64,000 bases of DNA, from assembly GCA_009886115.1 (NCBI GenBank), contig VFJJ01000045.1:2224-66223 (forward strand). Reading direction: 5' to 3'. Under the pieces are notes generated by a model, which was not told the origin of the DNA, ran no database searches, and worked only from the letters and a program-made list of their open reading frames with translations. The position numbers and the translations under genes are program-made. Shown one piece after another: positions 46,808 to 55,573 of the stretch (position 1 is its first letter; every line of letters starts with the position of its first letter). Source of the stretch: Actinomycetota bacterium (lineage in GTDB: Bacteria > Actinomycetota > Acidimicrobiia > IMCC26256 > VFJJ01).

Positions 46808-48160
46808 TCAGCGGGTCCCGCAGGCGGTCTGGGCCGTGCACGCCTCGATCGCGTCGGCGAGCCGACCCGCAGCGATGTCGAGCTCGCCGGGCGTCAGCGT
46901 CGCGAACGAGAGTCGGAGGTGGCGCCGACCGTCGGAGTCCGTGGCGCCGCGCCCCGCGACGGCTGGGCGCGCCCGTCGCCGCGCCGGGGCCGGGGCCGGG
47001 GCCGGGAAGAACGCCGTCCCGGGTACGAACGCCGTCCCGTGCTCGAGCGCCGAAGCCAGCAGGACGGCGCTGTCGACGACGGCGTCGTCGACGATTCGGG
47101 CCCACACGAACATCCCGCCTTCGGGTGACGATGTCGCTCGAATCGCCGATCCGAGTCGTTCGTGGAGCGCCCGCTCGAGGGCCTCGGCTTTGGTTCGATA
47201 GGTGCGGCGGAGCAGCTCGAGGTGGGTATGGTGCGCGTCGACGTCGCCGAGGAGCGCCGCGACGAGATGTTGACTCAGCGTCGAGGTGTGCAGGTCGGCG
47301 CCTTGCTTGGCCCGCACGAGCGCCGACCGGAGCCACGACGGTGCCGTGAGCCAGCCGACCCGAAGGCCCGGGGCCAGGATCTTCGATGCTGTTCCCAGCG
47401 TGACCGCGTGGTCGGTGAACGTGGAGATCGGGGCGATGGCCGTTCCTCGAAAGCGCAGCTCGCCATAGGGATCGTCCTCGATCACGACGAAGCGGAAGCG
47501 CTCGGCCAGCGCGGCCAGATGCCGTCGCCGGTCGAGGGCGAGCGTCGCTCCCGACGGGTTCTGGAAGTTCGGGACCGTGTAGCACGCCTTGGGGCGCAGG
47601 CCCCGTCCGAGTCGGTCTTCGAGGATGTCGGTGCGCAGGCCGTCGGCGTCGGCGGGTATCGCCTCGAAGACCGCGCTCTGGGCCGTCATGGCCTGCACGG
47701 CGCCGAGGTAGGTGGGGGCCTCGACGACGACGGTGTCGCCCGGGTCGAGCAGCACCCTCGCCAGGAGGTCGAGCCCCTGTTGGGAGCCGGTGGTGACGAG
47801 ATGGTCGTCGGGCCCGAAGCGACCGTGGGACCGATCGGCGAGCAGGGTGCGGAGCTCGACGGTGCCTTCGGTGAGCCCGTACTGGAGCAGCGCCGCCGGG
47901 TCGGCCGCCAGCAGACGGTCGAGTGCAGCTGCGATCCGCGACGTGGGGAACAGGGCGGGGTCGGGGATCCCGCCGGCCATCGACAGGATGTGCGGAGCGC
48001 TCGTGAGCTCGAGCAGCTCCCTGATGACCGACGACGGCTGGGCGCGCGCCCGGGCCGAGAGCAGCCGGTCGATGGCCGGGCTGCCATCGAGCATCGCCCG
48101 GCGCTGTTTGTGGTACTCGTCGCCCGGAATCGTCGAGCGCACGGTCGCGTTCGTCGCCAT
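46808..48160 (-). CDS. PLP-dependent aminotransferase (class I/II, 2-aminoadipate/LysN-like)
   Basis: SMAGGIPDP, YG...G...LR, NFQNPSG, and the PLP-lysine context TASKILAPGLRVGW. I chose the ATG at 48160, with 48178 as an alternative. The rest of track ORF 46808..49141 runs antisense to the regulator gene. Confidence 0.85.
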   Translation of the reverse strand: MATNATVRSTIPGDEYHKQRRAMLDGSPAIDRLLSARARAQPSSVIRELLELTSAPHILSMAGGIPDPALFPTSRIAAALDRLLAADPAALLQYGLTEGTVELRTLLADRSHGRFGPDDHLVTTGSQQGLDLLARVLLDPGDTVVVEAPTYLGAVQAMTAQSAVFEAIPADADGLRTDILEDRLGRGLRPKACYTVPNFQNPSGATLALDRRRHLAALAERFRFVVIEDDPYGELRFRGTAIAPISTFTDHAVTLGTASKILAPGLRVGWLTAPSWLRSALVRAKQGADLHTSTLSQHLVAALLGDVDAHHTHLELLRRTYRTKAEALERALHERLGSAIRATSSPEGGMFVWARIVDDAVVDSAVLLASALEHGTAFVPGTAFFPAPAPAPARRRARPAVAGRGATDSDGRRHLRLSFATLTPGELDIAAGRLADAIEACTAQTACGTR

Positions 48161-48277
48161 GGTGGATCGTGGCTGCATGGTGCATCGTGGGCTCAGGATG
48201 CGATCCCGACAAGGGCGTGGCGATCCTGGGAGTGGCACTCCCAGGCAGCCGGCGGCCGGCGCGTTCACAATGGGTTC

Positions 48278-49114
48278 ATGCATCGTCGTGGAGATCTCGT
48301 CGAGTTCCTCCGGGCTCGCCGCGCCGTCGTGTCGCCGGCCGACGTGGGACTCGTGGGTGGGGCGCGGCGGCGAACCCCGGGGTTGCGACGCGAGGAGGTG
48401 GCGCTCCTCGCCGGAGTGTCGATCAGTTGGTACACCTGGTTGGAGCAGGGACGACCTATCAACGCCTCGGTGGACGTGCTCGATGCGCTGGCCCGGGTGC
48501 TCCGACTCGATGCCGTCGAGCGTGAGCACCTGATGGCCCTGGCCGGGCATCCCGTACGTCGGGCCGTCTCGCCCGGCGGCGGGCAGGTGCCCGATGCGTT
48601 GCAGGTCCTGCTGGCCGGGCTCGACCCGAGCCCGGCGTACGTCCTGGGCCCGCATTGGGATTTCCTGGCCTGGAACTCGTCGCACGACCGCTTGTTCCCG
48701 ACGCTGCGGGCGCTGCCGCTGCCTGAGCGCAACCTCGTGTGGATCGTCTTCGCCAACCCCGAGGCCCGGGCCCTGATCGTCGACTGGGAACCCGAGGCGC
48801 GCAGGGTCCTCTCGCAGTTCCGGGCCGACACCGTCCCGTACCGCGACGATCCCGCGGTTCTGGCTCTCGTCGCGCGCCTGCAGGAGGCTTCGTCGGAGTT
48901 CGCCGCCTGGTGGCCCCGCCACGACGTCGCCGGCAGCGAGCCCCGCCTGCGGCGATTCGCTCATCCCGAGGCCGGTCTCCTCGTGTTCGAGCACCTCCAG
49001 CTCGTCCCCGCCGGGGCACCCGACCTCCGGGTCACCGTCCACCTCCCCATCCCCGACGACGACTCCCTCGCCCGCCTGGCCGCCGTTGCCGCTGCTGGTC
49101 CCGCCGGCCGGTGA
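48278..49114 (+). CDS. MmyB-like helix-turn-helix transcriptional regulator
   Basis: LRREEVALLAGVSISWYTWLEQGR (XRE HTH) followed by an MmyB-like ligand domain (P.YVLGPHWDFLAWN). It is divergent from the aminotransferase gene. Confidence 0.8.
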   Translation: MHRRGDLVEFLRARRAVVSPADVGLVGGARRRTPGLRREEVALLAGVSISWYTWLEQGRPINASVDVLDALARVLRLDAVEREHLMALAGHPVRRAVSPGGGQVPDALQVLLAGLDPSPAYVLGPHWDFLAWNSSHDRLFPTLRALPLPERNLVWIVFANPEARALIVDWEPEARRVLSQFRADTVPYRDDPAVLALVARLQEASSEFAAWWPRHDVAGSEPRLRRFAHPEAGLLVFEHLQLVPAGAPDLRVTVHLPIPDDDSLARLAAVAAAGPAGR

Positions 49115-49175
49115 TTCTCGCCCCGGTTTTCGGTCGGTCACACCGAATCGCGGTCGTGTACGCTCTGCGCCGCCT

Positions 49176-49248
49176 GCGCTCGTAGCTCAACGGATAGAGC
49201 ATCTGACTACGGATCAGAAGGTTGGGGGTTCGAGTCCCTCCGAGCGCG
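49176..49248 (+). tRNA. tRNA-Arg (anticodon ACG), no encoded CCA
   Basis: Acceptor GCGCTCG/CGAGCGC, D-arm GCTC-AACGGATA-GAGC, anticodon stem TCTGA/TCAGA with loop CTACGGA, T-arm GGGGG-TTCGAGT-CCCTC, discriminator G. Folded by eye. Confidence 0.9.
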
Positions 49249-49250
49249 CT
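49207..49250 (+). repeat. attL core: 44-bp direct repeat covering the tRNA-Arg anticodon loop to its 3' end
   Basis: CTACGGATCAGAAGGTTGGGGGTTCGAGTCCCTCCGAGCGCGCT is identical at 49207-49250 and 61508-61551, compared base by base. A further shared AAGTCCAGGT lies 4 nt downstream of both copies. Confidence 0.9.
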
Positions 49251-49307
49251 ACACAAGTCCAGGTCAGAGAGCTGTTGGAGGCTCTCGCTGGATGGTGTCA
49301 CACCTCT

Positions 49308-49341
49308 GTGAGAAGATTCTGAGAAGATCCCGTCTTCTCAC
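49308..49341 (+). promoter_or_regulatory. candidate integrase arm-type binding sites (P' arm): GAGAAGA motif twice direct and once inverted
   Basis: GTGAGAAGATTCTGAGAAGATCCCGTCTTCTCAC. The first 25 nt recur at 61359-61383 with one mismatch. Confidence 0.45.
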
Positions 49342-49359
49342 GACTCGGGGGTGGCGCTG

Positions 49360-50514
49360 ATGCCCAAGTTCCAGGGCGTGTACCAGGACCGCCGCGGGGG
49401 CTGGTACTTCAAGGCGTCGTCGCACAAGGACCCGCTCACCGGTCGCTGGCACCAGATCACCCGGCGCGGGTTCATCACGGCCGCCGACGCTTCGCGGGCC
49501 CGTGCCTCGTTCGTGGCCGAGTTGGAGGCGTCGCCACCTGCGGCCGCGCTCGCGGGCTTGACGGTCGCCGAGCTCGTCGACGCGTACCTCGATGACGCCT
49601 CGTCTGGTGGCCTCCTCTCGGCCAAGACCCTGTTCGACTACCGGCACTACGCCACCCACTACATCGGCCCGTACCTCGGGACGAAGCTGGTGCGTGATCT
49701 CGACGCCGAGACGATCGCCGCATGGCAGCGAGCGCTCACCAAGGGCGGCGGGGCCAAGACCGGCAAGAGCCTCTCGGCCAACACCGTCCGCATCGCCCGG
49801 GCGCCGCTGGCCGGGGCGCTCAAGTACGCGGTGAGCCGGGGGATCCTCAAGGCGAACCCGATGGTGTCGATCCCCCCGCCGCGCATTCCGAAGAAGATCC
49901 CGCAGCACTGGTCGCCCGAGCAGGCCCGGGAGTTCTTGGCCCTGCACGAGGGGGACCGGCTGTTCCCGGTGTGGGCGTTCCTGCTGGGATCGGGCCTGCG
50001 CATCGGCGAGCTGGTGTCGCTCCGCTGGCCCAACGTCGAGCTCGACCGCCGGCTCGTCCGCGTGCACGAGTTCGCCACCGTGCTCGGCTACGAGGTGGTG
50101 CGATCGGGCGGGAAGTCCCGAGATGCTGTCCGCACGGTCGACGTCGACGAGCACCTGGTGCGGGTGCTCCGCCAGCACCGCAAGACCCAAGCGGCTGAGG
50201 CGCTCGCGACCGCCGACTACGAGGCCAGCGACTACGTGTTCACGCGAGCTGGCGGCGGGCCGTATCACCCGCAGACGCTCTCGAAGGTTCTCGTTCGAGC
50301 GAGCGTCGCGGCGGGCCTTCCCCGGTTGACGGCCCACGGCCTGCGCCACACGAGCGCCACCCTGATGTTGGCGAGCGGAGTCGCACCCAAGGTCGCGGCC
50401 GAGCGCCTCGGCCACGCCGACACCACCCTGTTCTCGAACCTCTACAGCCACGTCACGCCCACCATGCAACGCGAAGCCGCCGAACGCATCGGCGACACGC
50501 TGTTCGGGGTCTGA
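49360..50514 (+). CDS. tyrosine-type site-specific integrase
   Basis: C-terminal catalytic region LRIGELVSLRW (Arg), HGLRHTSATLML (H-x-x-R), LGHADTTLFSNLYSHV (His/Tyr). ATG at 49360 (MPKFQGVY); the track start is the GTG at 49351. Confidence 0.92.
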   Translation: MPKFQGVYQDRRGGWYFKASSHKDPLTGRWHQITRRGFITAADASRARASFVAELEASPPAAALAGLTVAELVDAYLDDASSGGLLSAKTLFDYRHYATHYIGPYLGTKLVRDLDAETIAAWQRALTKGGGAKTGKSLSANTVRIARAPLAGALKYAVSRGILKANPMVSIPPPRIPKKIPQHWSPEQAREFLALHEGDRLFPVWAFLLGSGLRIGELVSLRWPNVELDRRLVRVHEFATVLGYEVVRSGGKSRDAVRTVDVDEHLVRVLRQHRKTQAAEALATADYEASDYVFTRAGGGPYHPQTLSKVLVRASVAAGLPRLTAHGLRHTSATLMLASGVAPKVAAERLGHADTTLFSNLYSHVTPTMQREAAERIGDTLFGV

Positions 50515-50516
50515 CG

Positions 50517-51671
50517 ATGGCTGCCCAACGAGTCCGCGTCGAGGCCCCGGTTGCGCTGTACGAATGGGCGATCGAACGGTCGCGCGTCGATCGTGAGGGC
50601 TTGGCGCGCCGATTCCCAAAGCTGAGGGACTGGTTGGCGGGCGAGGCCCCTCCGACCCTCAAGCAGCTCGAAGCGTTCGCTCGGGCGACGCACACGCCGA
50701 TCGGATTCTTCTTCCTCACCGAGCCGCCGGTCGAGCCCATGCCGATACCGGACTTCCGCACGATCGGCGACCGCACCGTCGCGCGGCCGAGCGCCGACCT
50801 GCTCGACACCATCTACCAGTGCCAGCAACGCCAGGAGTGGTTCCACGACTACGCCCAGGCAAACCGCTTCGACCCGGTGCCCTTCGTTGCGTCGTGCACG
50901 CTCGACTCCACGGTTGCCGAAGCTGCGGCGCATATGCGAGAGGTGTTGTCGTTCAGCGTCGATGAGCGTGGCTCGAGCTGGGGTGACGCATTCGCTCGGC
51001 TTCGTGAGCACGCCGAGGAAGTTGGCGTGCTCGTGATGGTCAACGGTGTCGTCGGGTCGAACACCCATCGCAAGCTCGACCCCGATGAGTTCCGAGGCTT
51101 CGCGTTGGTCGATCCCTTGGCCCCCTTGGTATTCGTCAACGGGGCCGACACGCGGGCCGCGCAGATCTTCACCCTGGCCCACGAGCTGGCCCACCTCTGG
51201 CTCGGCGAGAGTGCGCTCTCCGACGTGGCTCTCGATGTGGAGAGCACCAACGCGACTGAACGGTGGTGCAACCAGGTCGCGGCCGAGCTTCTGGTTCCGC
51301 TCGTCGATCTGCGCGACCAGTTCGACACTGGACGAGACCTGACCGAGGAGCTCGACCGGCTGGCTCGGCGTTTCCGCGCCAGCACGCTCGTCGTCCTTCG
51401 CCGCGTGCAGGAAGCGGGCTACCTCAGTTGGCCGGCCTACCGAGCGGCGTACACGGCCGAGCGCCAACGAGTGCTCGGCCTGATGGGTGACGGTGGCAGC
51501 GGCGGGAACTTCTACAACACCCAGCCAGTCCGGGTGAGCAAGCTCTTCGCCCGATCCGTGATCGCCAGCACCCTCGAAGGCCACACGCTCTACCGCGACG
51601 CGCTCGACATGCTCGGGTTCAAGAAGATCTCGACCTTCAACGAGCTGGCCGGCCGTCTCGGTGTCGCGTGA
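50517..51671 (+). CDS. ImmA/IrrE-family zinc metallopeptidase with an N-terminal HTH-like domain
   Basis: HExxH in FTLAHELAHLWLGES. The N-terminal region is ..LKQLEAFARATHTPIGFFFL, an XRE-like pattern. It starts 3 nt after the integrase stop, and its own stop overlaps the next gene (51668-51671). Confidence 0.8.
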   Translation: MAAQRVRVEAPVALYEWAIERSRVDREGLARRFPKLRDWLAGEAPPTLKQLEAFARATHTPIGFFFLTEPPVEPMPIPDFRTIGDRTVARPSADLLDTIYQCQQRQEWFHDYAQANRFDPVPFVASCTLDSTVAEAAAHMREVLSFSVDERGSSWGDAFARLREHAEEVGVLVMVNGVVGSNTHRKLDPDEFRGFALVDPLAPLVFVNGADTRAAQIFTLAHELAHLWLGESALSDVALDVESTNATERWCNQVAAELLVPLVDLRDQFDTGRDLTEELDRLARRFRASTLVVLRRVQEAGYLSWPAYRAAYTAERQRVLGLMGDGGSGGNFYNTQPVRVSKLFARSVIASTLEGHTLYRDALDMLGFKKISTFNELAGRLGVA

Positions 51672-52165
51672 TGGCGTACCTGCTCGATGCGAACGTGTTC
51701 ATCCAGGCCAAGAACCTCCATTACGGCTTCGACTTCTGCCCAGCGTTCTGGGACTGGATCGAGCAGGAGAACGCCGGCGGTCGCGTGCTCAGCATCGACC
51801 GGGTGCGCGACGAGCTGATCGGTGGCGACGACGAGCTGGCCGCCTGGGCGGCGGACCGGGCCGGGTTCTTCGTCGAGGCCGACCCCGCGATCATCGCGAG
51901 CCTGCAGGCAGTCAGCCGGTGGGCGAACGGTGCCCGCTACGAGCCGGCGGCGATCGCGACCTTTCTCCAGGTCGCCGACTATTACCTCGTTGCCAGCGCG
52001 CTGGCCCATGAGCACGTGGTCGTCACCCACGAGGTCGTCGCTCACTCCACCAAGAAGATCAAGATCCCGAACGTCTGCATCGCCCTCGGCGTCGGCTGCA
52101 TCACGCCCTACGAGATGCTCCGCAGAGAGCGTGCCCGGTTCGTCCTGGGTCCGACGGCGGCTTGA
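51668..52165 (+). CDS. DUF4411-family PIN-like protein
   Basis: The N-terminus YLLDANVFIQAKNLHYGFDFCPAFWDWI matches the DUF4411 signature from memory. There is a 4-nt overlap with the ImmA gene. Confidence 0.7.
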   Translation: MMAYLLDANVFIQAKNLHYGFDFCPAFWDWIEQENAGGRVLSIDRVRDELIGGDDELAAWAADRAGFFVEADPAIIASLQAVSRWANGARYEPAAIATFLQVADYYLVASALAHEHVVVTHEVVAHSTKKIKIPNVCIALGVGCITPYEMLRRERARFVLGPTAA

Positions 52166-52393
52166 TCACGCGCCGCGCGGGGACTGGCAAGGTTCGATCC
52201 GATGCTCATCGATCCACTGCACGAGCTCACCGGGGTCGAAGCGTACGAAGTGACCTACCTTCACGTACGGGATCCGCTTCTCGGCCACGAGCCGCCGCAC
52301 GTGCCGCAACGAGACGCCCAGGTGCTCAGCCGCGGACGACATGTCGATGAGCGTCGGCAGAGATGCGGCCGCAGCGACCGGCTGAACCAACAT
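52166..52393 (-). CDS. excisionase-family helix-turn-helix DNA-binding protein
   Basis: AAEHLGVSLRHVRRLVAEKRIPYVKVGHFVRFDPGELVQWI is the typical Xis/MerR-like winged HTH. Its stop directly abuts the DUF4411 stop. Confidence 0.8.
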   Translation of the reverse strand: MLVQPVAAAASLPTLIDMSSAAEHLGVSLRHVRRLVAEKRIPYVKVGHFVRFDPGELVQWIDEHRIEPCQSPRGA

Positions 52394-52742
52394 GTCCTAC
52401 AAGGGACACTCCGTGGCTGCCGATGTGACAAGGAACGACCAGTAGGTGAGGCCAGCTTGGTGGCGAAGCCGCTGGCGAGGACCGGTAGGTGGGCCATACT
52501 GTCGCCGTGCGGCGACGGCGCAGGCGACCATCGGCACCACTGCCGACCACGTTTTCACGGCCACGGAACGTGGCGGCTGGAGCCCGACCGTCATCTGGAG
52601 GTCCGCAGGACCTGCAGATGTGTCTCGACGTCTTCGGTGGGAGCATTAGGTGTGGCGTTCATCACGTGCCGTGGGATCGGATGGCCGTTAGCGCTGTCTT
52701 CGGTGACTAGTTGCTTCTGAGTGCGAGATAGAGGGACGTGAC

Positions 52743-54293
52743 GTGAAGAGTGATGACCTGGCCGAGGTTCGGCGGACCTTGTGGAAGGCGGCTGACGAGC
52801 TCCGGGCGAACTCCACGCTCACACCGGCGGATTACCGGAGCCCGGTGCTCGGGTTGATCTTCCTCGCCTACGCCGAGCACCGCTTCGAGGCCGTCCGGGC
52901 CGACGTCGAGGCCGGTGCCACCGCTCGCAACCCAGTGTCGCCCGACAACTACCGCGCCCGATCGGTGCTGTTCGTACCCGACGAGGCACGGCTGTCGGGC
53001 CTCGTCGACCTCCCCGAGGGCGAGAACCTCGGAGCCGCGGTCGACGCCGCCATGAAGGCCGTCGAGGCCGCCAACCCCGAGCTCCGCGACGTTCTGCCGC
53101 GCGGCTATCAGCGCCTCGAGCGCTCGACGCTCACGGAGTTACTCCGGCTTTTCTCCCCGCTGCCCCGCACCCTGTCGGGCGACGCCTTCGGGTTGATCTA
53201 CGAGGACTTCCTGTCCAACTTCGCCATGGCCGAGGGTCGCCTGGGGGGAGAGTTCTTCACCCCGTACTCCATCGTCCGTCTCATCGTGGAGATCATCGAG
53301 CCGTACCACGGCAAGGTCTATGACCCGGCGTGCGGGTCGGGCGGCATGTTCGTGCAGTGCGCCAAGTTCGTGGAGCGCCACGCCGGCTCGGCCACCCAGG
53401 AGCTGTCCGTCTACGGCCAAGAGCAGAAGGAGGTCACCGTCCCGCTGGCCAAGATGAACCTCGCCCTCCACGGTCTGTCGGGCGACATCCGCCTGGCCAA
53501 CAGCTACTACGAGAGTCTCCACGATGCCGTCGGCCGGTTCGACTTCGTCATGGCCAACCCGCCGTTCAACGTGAACGGTGTCGACAAGGACAAGCTCGCC
53601 GGCGATCCGCGGTTCCCGTTCGGCCTCCCCAGGACCGACAACGGCAACTACCTCTGGATCCAGCAGTTCTACGCCGCCTTGAACGACGCCGGCCGCGCCG
53701 GCTTCGTCATGGCCAACTCGGCGGGCGACGCCGGCCACTCCGAGAAGGAGATCCGTCGCAAGCTCGTCGAGTCCGGCGCCGTCGACGTCATGGTGGCCAT
53801 CGGGACCAATTTCTTCTACACCGTCACCCTCCCGGTGACCCTCTGGCTCCTCGACAAGGGCAAGGCCGGCACGGATCGCGAGGACACGGTGCTGTTCATC
53901 GACGCCCGCCACACGTACCGCCAGATCGACCGCGCCCACCGCGACTTCCTTCCGGAGCAGATCGAGCTGCTGGCCAACGTCGTCCGTCTCTACCGTGGCG
54001 AGGACGTCACGACCGTCGATGGCAGCATCGCCCTGTTGAAGGAGCGGTTCCCCGACGGGACCTACGCCGACGTTCCGGGCTTCTGCAAAGTGGCCACTCG
54101 GGCCGAGATCGAGGCGCAAGGATGGAGCCTCAACCCCGGGCGCTACACCGGCACCGCAGCGGCCGACGCCGACGACGAGGACTTCACCGAGAAGCTCGAG
54201 AGCCTCTACGAGGAGTTCACGCGTCTCAGCAACGAAGCCGACACCCTCCGCGCCAAGGTCGATGCTGCCATCACAGGGGTCTTGAGCGAATGA
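52743..54293 (+). CDS. hsdM: type I restriction-modification system DNA methyltransferase subunit
   Basis: N-terminal HsdM domain LWKAADELR......YR.PVLGLIFL, AdoMet motif VYDPACGSGGMF, catalytic FVMANPPFN. GTG start at 52743. Confidence 0.93.
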   Translation: MKSDDLAEVRRTLWKAADELRANSTLTPADYRSPVLGLIFLAYAEHRFEAVRADVEAGATARNPVSPDNYRARSVLFVPDEARLSGLVDLPEGENLGAAVDAAMKAVEAANPELRDVLPRGYQRLERSTLTELLRLFSPLPRTLSGDAFGLIYEDFLSNFAMAEGRLGGEFFTPYSIVRLIVEIIEPYHGKVYDPACGSGGMFVQCAKFVERHAGSATQELSVYGQEQKEVTVPLAKMNLALHGLSGDIRLANSYYESLHDAVGRFDFVMANPPFNVNGVDKDKLAGDPRFPFGLPRTDNGNYLWIQQFYAALNDAGRAGFVMANSAGDAGHSEKEIRRKLVESGAVDVMVAIGTNFFYTVTLPVTLWLLDKGKAGTDREDTVLFIDARHTYRQIDRAHRDFLPEQIELLANVVRLYRGEDVTTVDGSIALLKERFPDGTYADVPGFCKVATRAEIEAQGWSLNPGRYTGTAAADADDEDFTEKLESLYEEFTRLSNEADTLRAKVDAAITGVLSE

Positions 54294-55573
54294 GCGAGTG
54301 GCGGGACGTCGTGCTCGGCGACCTGTGCGAGCGAGTCACGGTAGGGCACGTAGGGAGGATGTCCGATCGGTACGTAGATGATGGAGTGCCCTTCCTCCGA
54401 TCTCAGAACATCAAGCCGTTCGTGATCGATCGCAACGGCATGCTTCGGGTAGACGAGGACTTCCATCGGAAGCTCGCCAAGTCGAGGCTCGCCGCCGGAG
54501 ACGTAGTCGTCGTTCGCACGGGCTATCCGGGAACCGCAGCCGTGGTCCCATCCGACCTCGATGGCTCGAACTGCGCGGACCTTGTGGTCATCACCCCAGG
54601 CGAAGATCTCAACCCACACCTACTCGCCGCAGTCTTCAACTCGAGTTGGGGGCGTTCGGCAGTTGGCGGCCACCTGGTCGGTGCGGCTCAACAGCACTTC
54701 AACATCGGCTCAGCCAAGATGCTGCGCCTCCGTCTCCCCTCAAGGCACGAGCAGGACCAGATCGCCGTCGTTCTGTGCGCCCTCCACGATCTGATCGAGA
54801 ACAATCGGCGGCGGGTTGAGGTGCTGGAGGAGATGGCGCGGGCCATCTACCGGGAGTGGTTCGTCCATTTCCGGTACCCGGGCCACGAGGACGTCCCCCT
54901 CGTCGACTCCCCCCTCGGCCCCATCCCCGACGGCTGGCAGATTCGGCGCCTCGATGAGTTCGCGTCGCTCGTTCGTGGACGGTCGTACCGCAAGCACGAA
55001 CTCGTCGACGTCGGTGGTCGCCCCTTCGTGAACCTGAAGTGCATGATGCGCGGGGGAGGCTTTCGGCGGGACGGCCTGAAGCGCTACGACGGGAAGTTCA
55101 CCGAAGCACAGCTTGTGAACCACGGCGATGTCGTACTTGCGGTTACCGACCTCACCCAAGGGCGGGAGATCCTGGCTCGGGCAACACTCGTGCCGCGACT
55201 ACCCGAGCCGGGCGTGATCTCGCTCGACGTAGCGCGCATCGTCCCCGACGAGCCAGCAGATCGACTGTGGTTGTTCGCAGTACTCCGATGGTCGGACTTC
55301 GCCGACCGCGTCAAGGAGTTCGCCAACGGCTCGACGGTCCTCCACCTTTCTCCGGACCATGTGGCGGCCGGCCAGGTCCTATGGCCGCCGGGAGACCTGC
55401 GAGCCTCACTTGCCGCGGCGCTCGACGCGGCGCTTGCGCTCGTGGATGAGCTGCTCGACGGGTCCGATCAACTCACCGGGCTCCGAGACCTCCTCCTTCC
55501 AAAGCTCGTGACCGGGCAGATCGATGTTTCGCATCTAGACCTCGATGCGTTGACCGAGGCGGCGGTGGGGTGA
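54290..55573 (+). CDS. hsdS: type I restriction-modification system specificity subunit
   Basis: Two target-recognition halves separated by a conserved helix (LIENNRRRVEVLEEMARAIYREWFVHFRYPG) and ending with LRDLLLPKLVTGQIDV. ATGA overlap with hsdM. Confidence 0.9.
   Translation: MSEWRDVVLGDLCERVTVGHVGRMSDRYVDDGVPFLRSQNIKPFVIDRNGMLRVDEDFHRKLAKSRLAAGDVVVVRTGYPGTAAVVPSDLDGSNCADLVVITPGEDLNPHLLAAVFNSSWGRSAVGGHLVGAAQQHFNIGSAKMLRLRLPSRHEQDQIAVVLCALHDLIENNRRRVEVLEEMARAIYREWFVHFRYPGHEDVPLVDSPLGPIPDGWQIRRLDEFASLVRGRSYRKHELVDVGGRPFVNLKCMMRGGGFRRDGLKRYDGKFTEAQLVNHGDVVLAVTDLTQGREILARATLVPRLPEPGVISLDVARIVPDEPADRLWLFAVLRWSDFADRVKEFANGSTVLHLSPDHVAAGQVLWPPGDLRASLAAALDAALALVDELLDGSDQLTGLRDLLLPKLVTGQIDVSHLDLDALTEAAVG

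Noticed and set aside
52394-52742. 350-nt spacer between xis and hsdM with small ORFs (67-73 aa) and short hairpins
   Set aside because: The ORF translations are Arg-rich or nonsensical with no RBS. The spacer is most simply a divergent promoter/regulatory region of the island, and I have no specific element to support.
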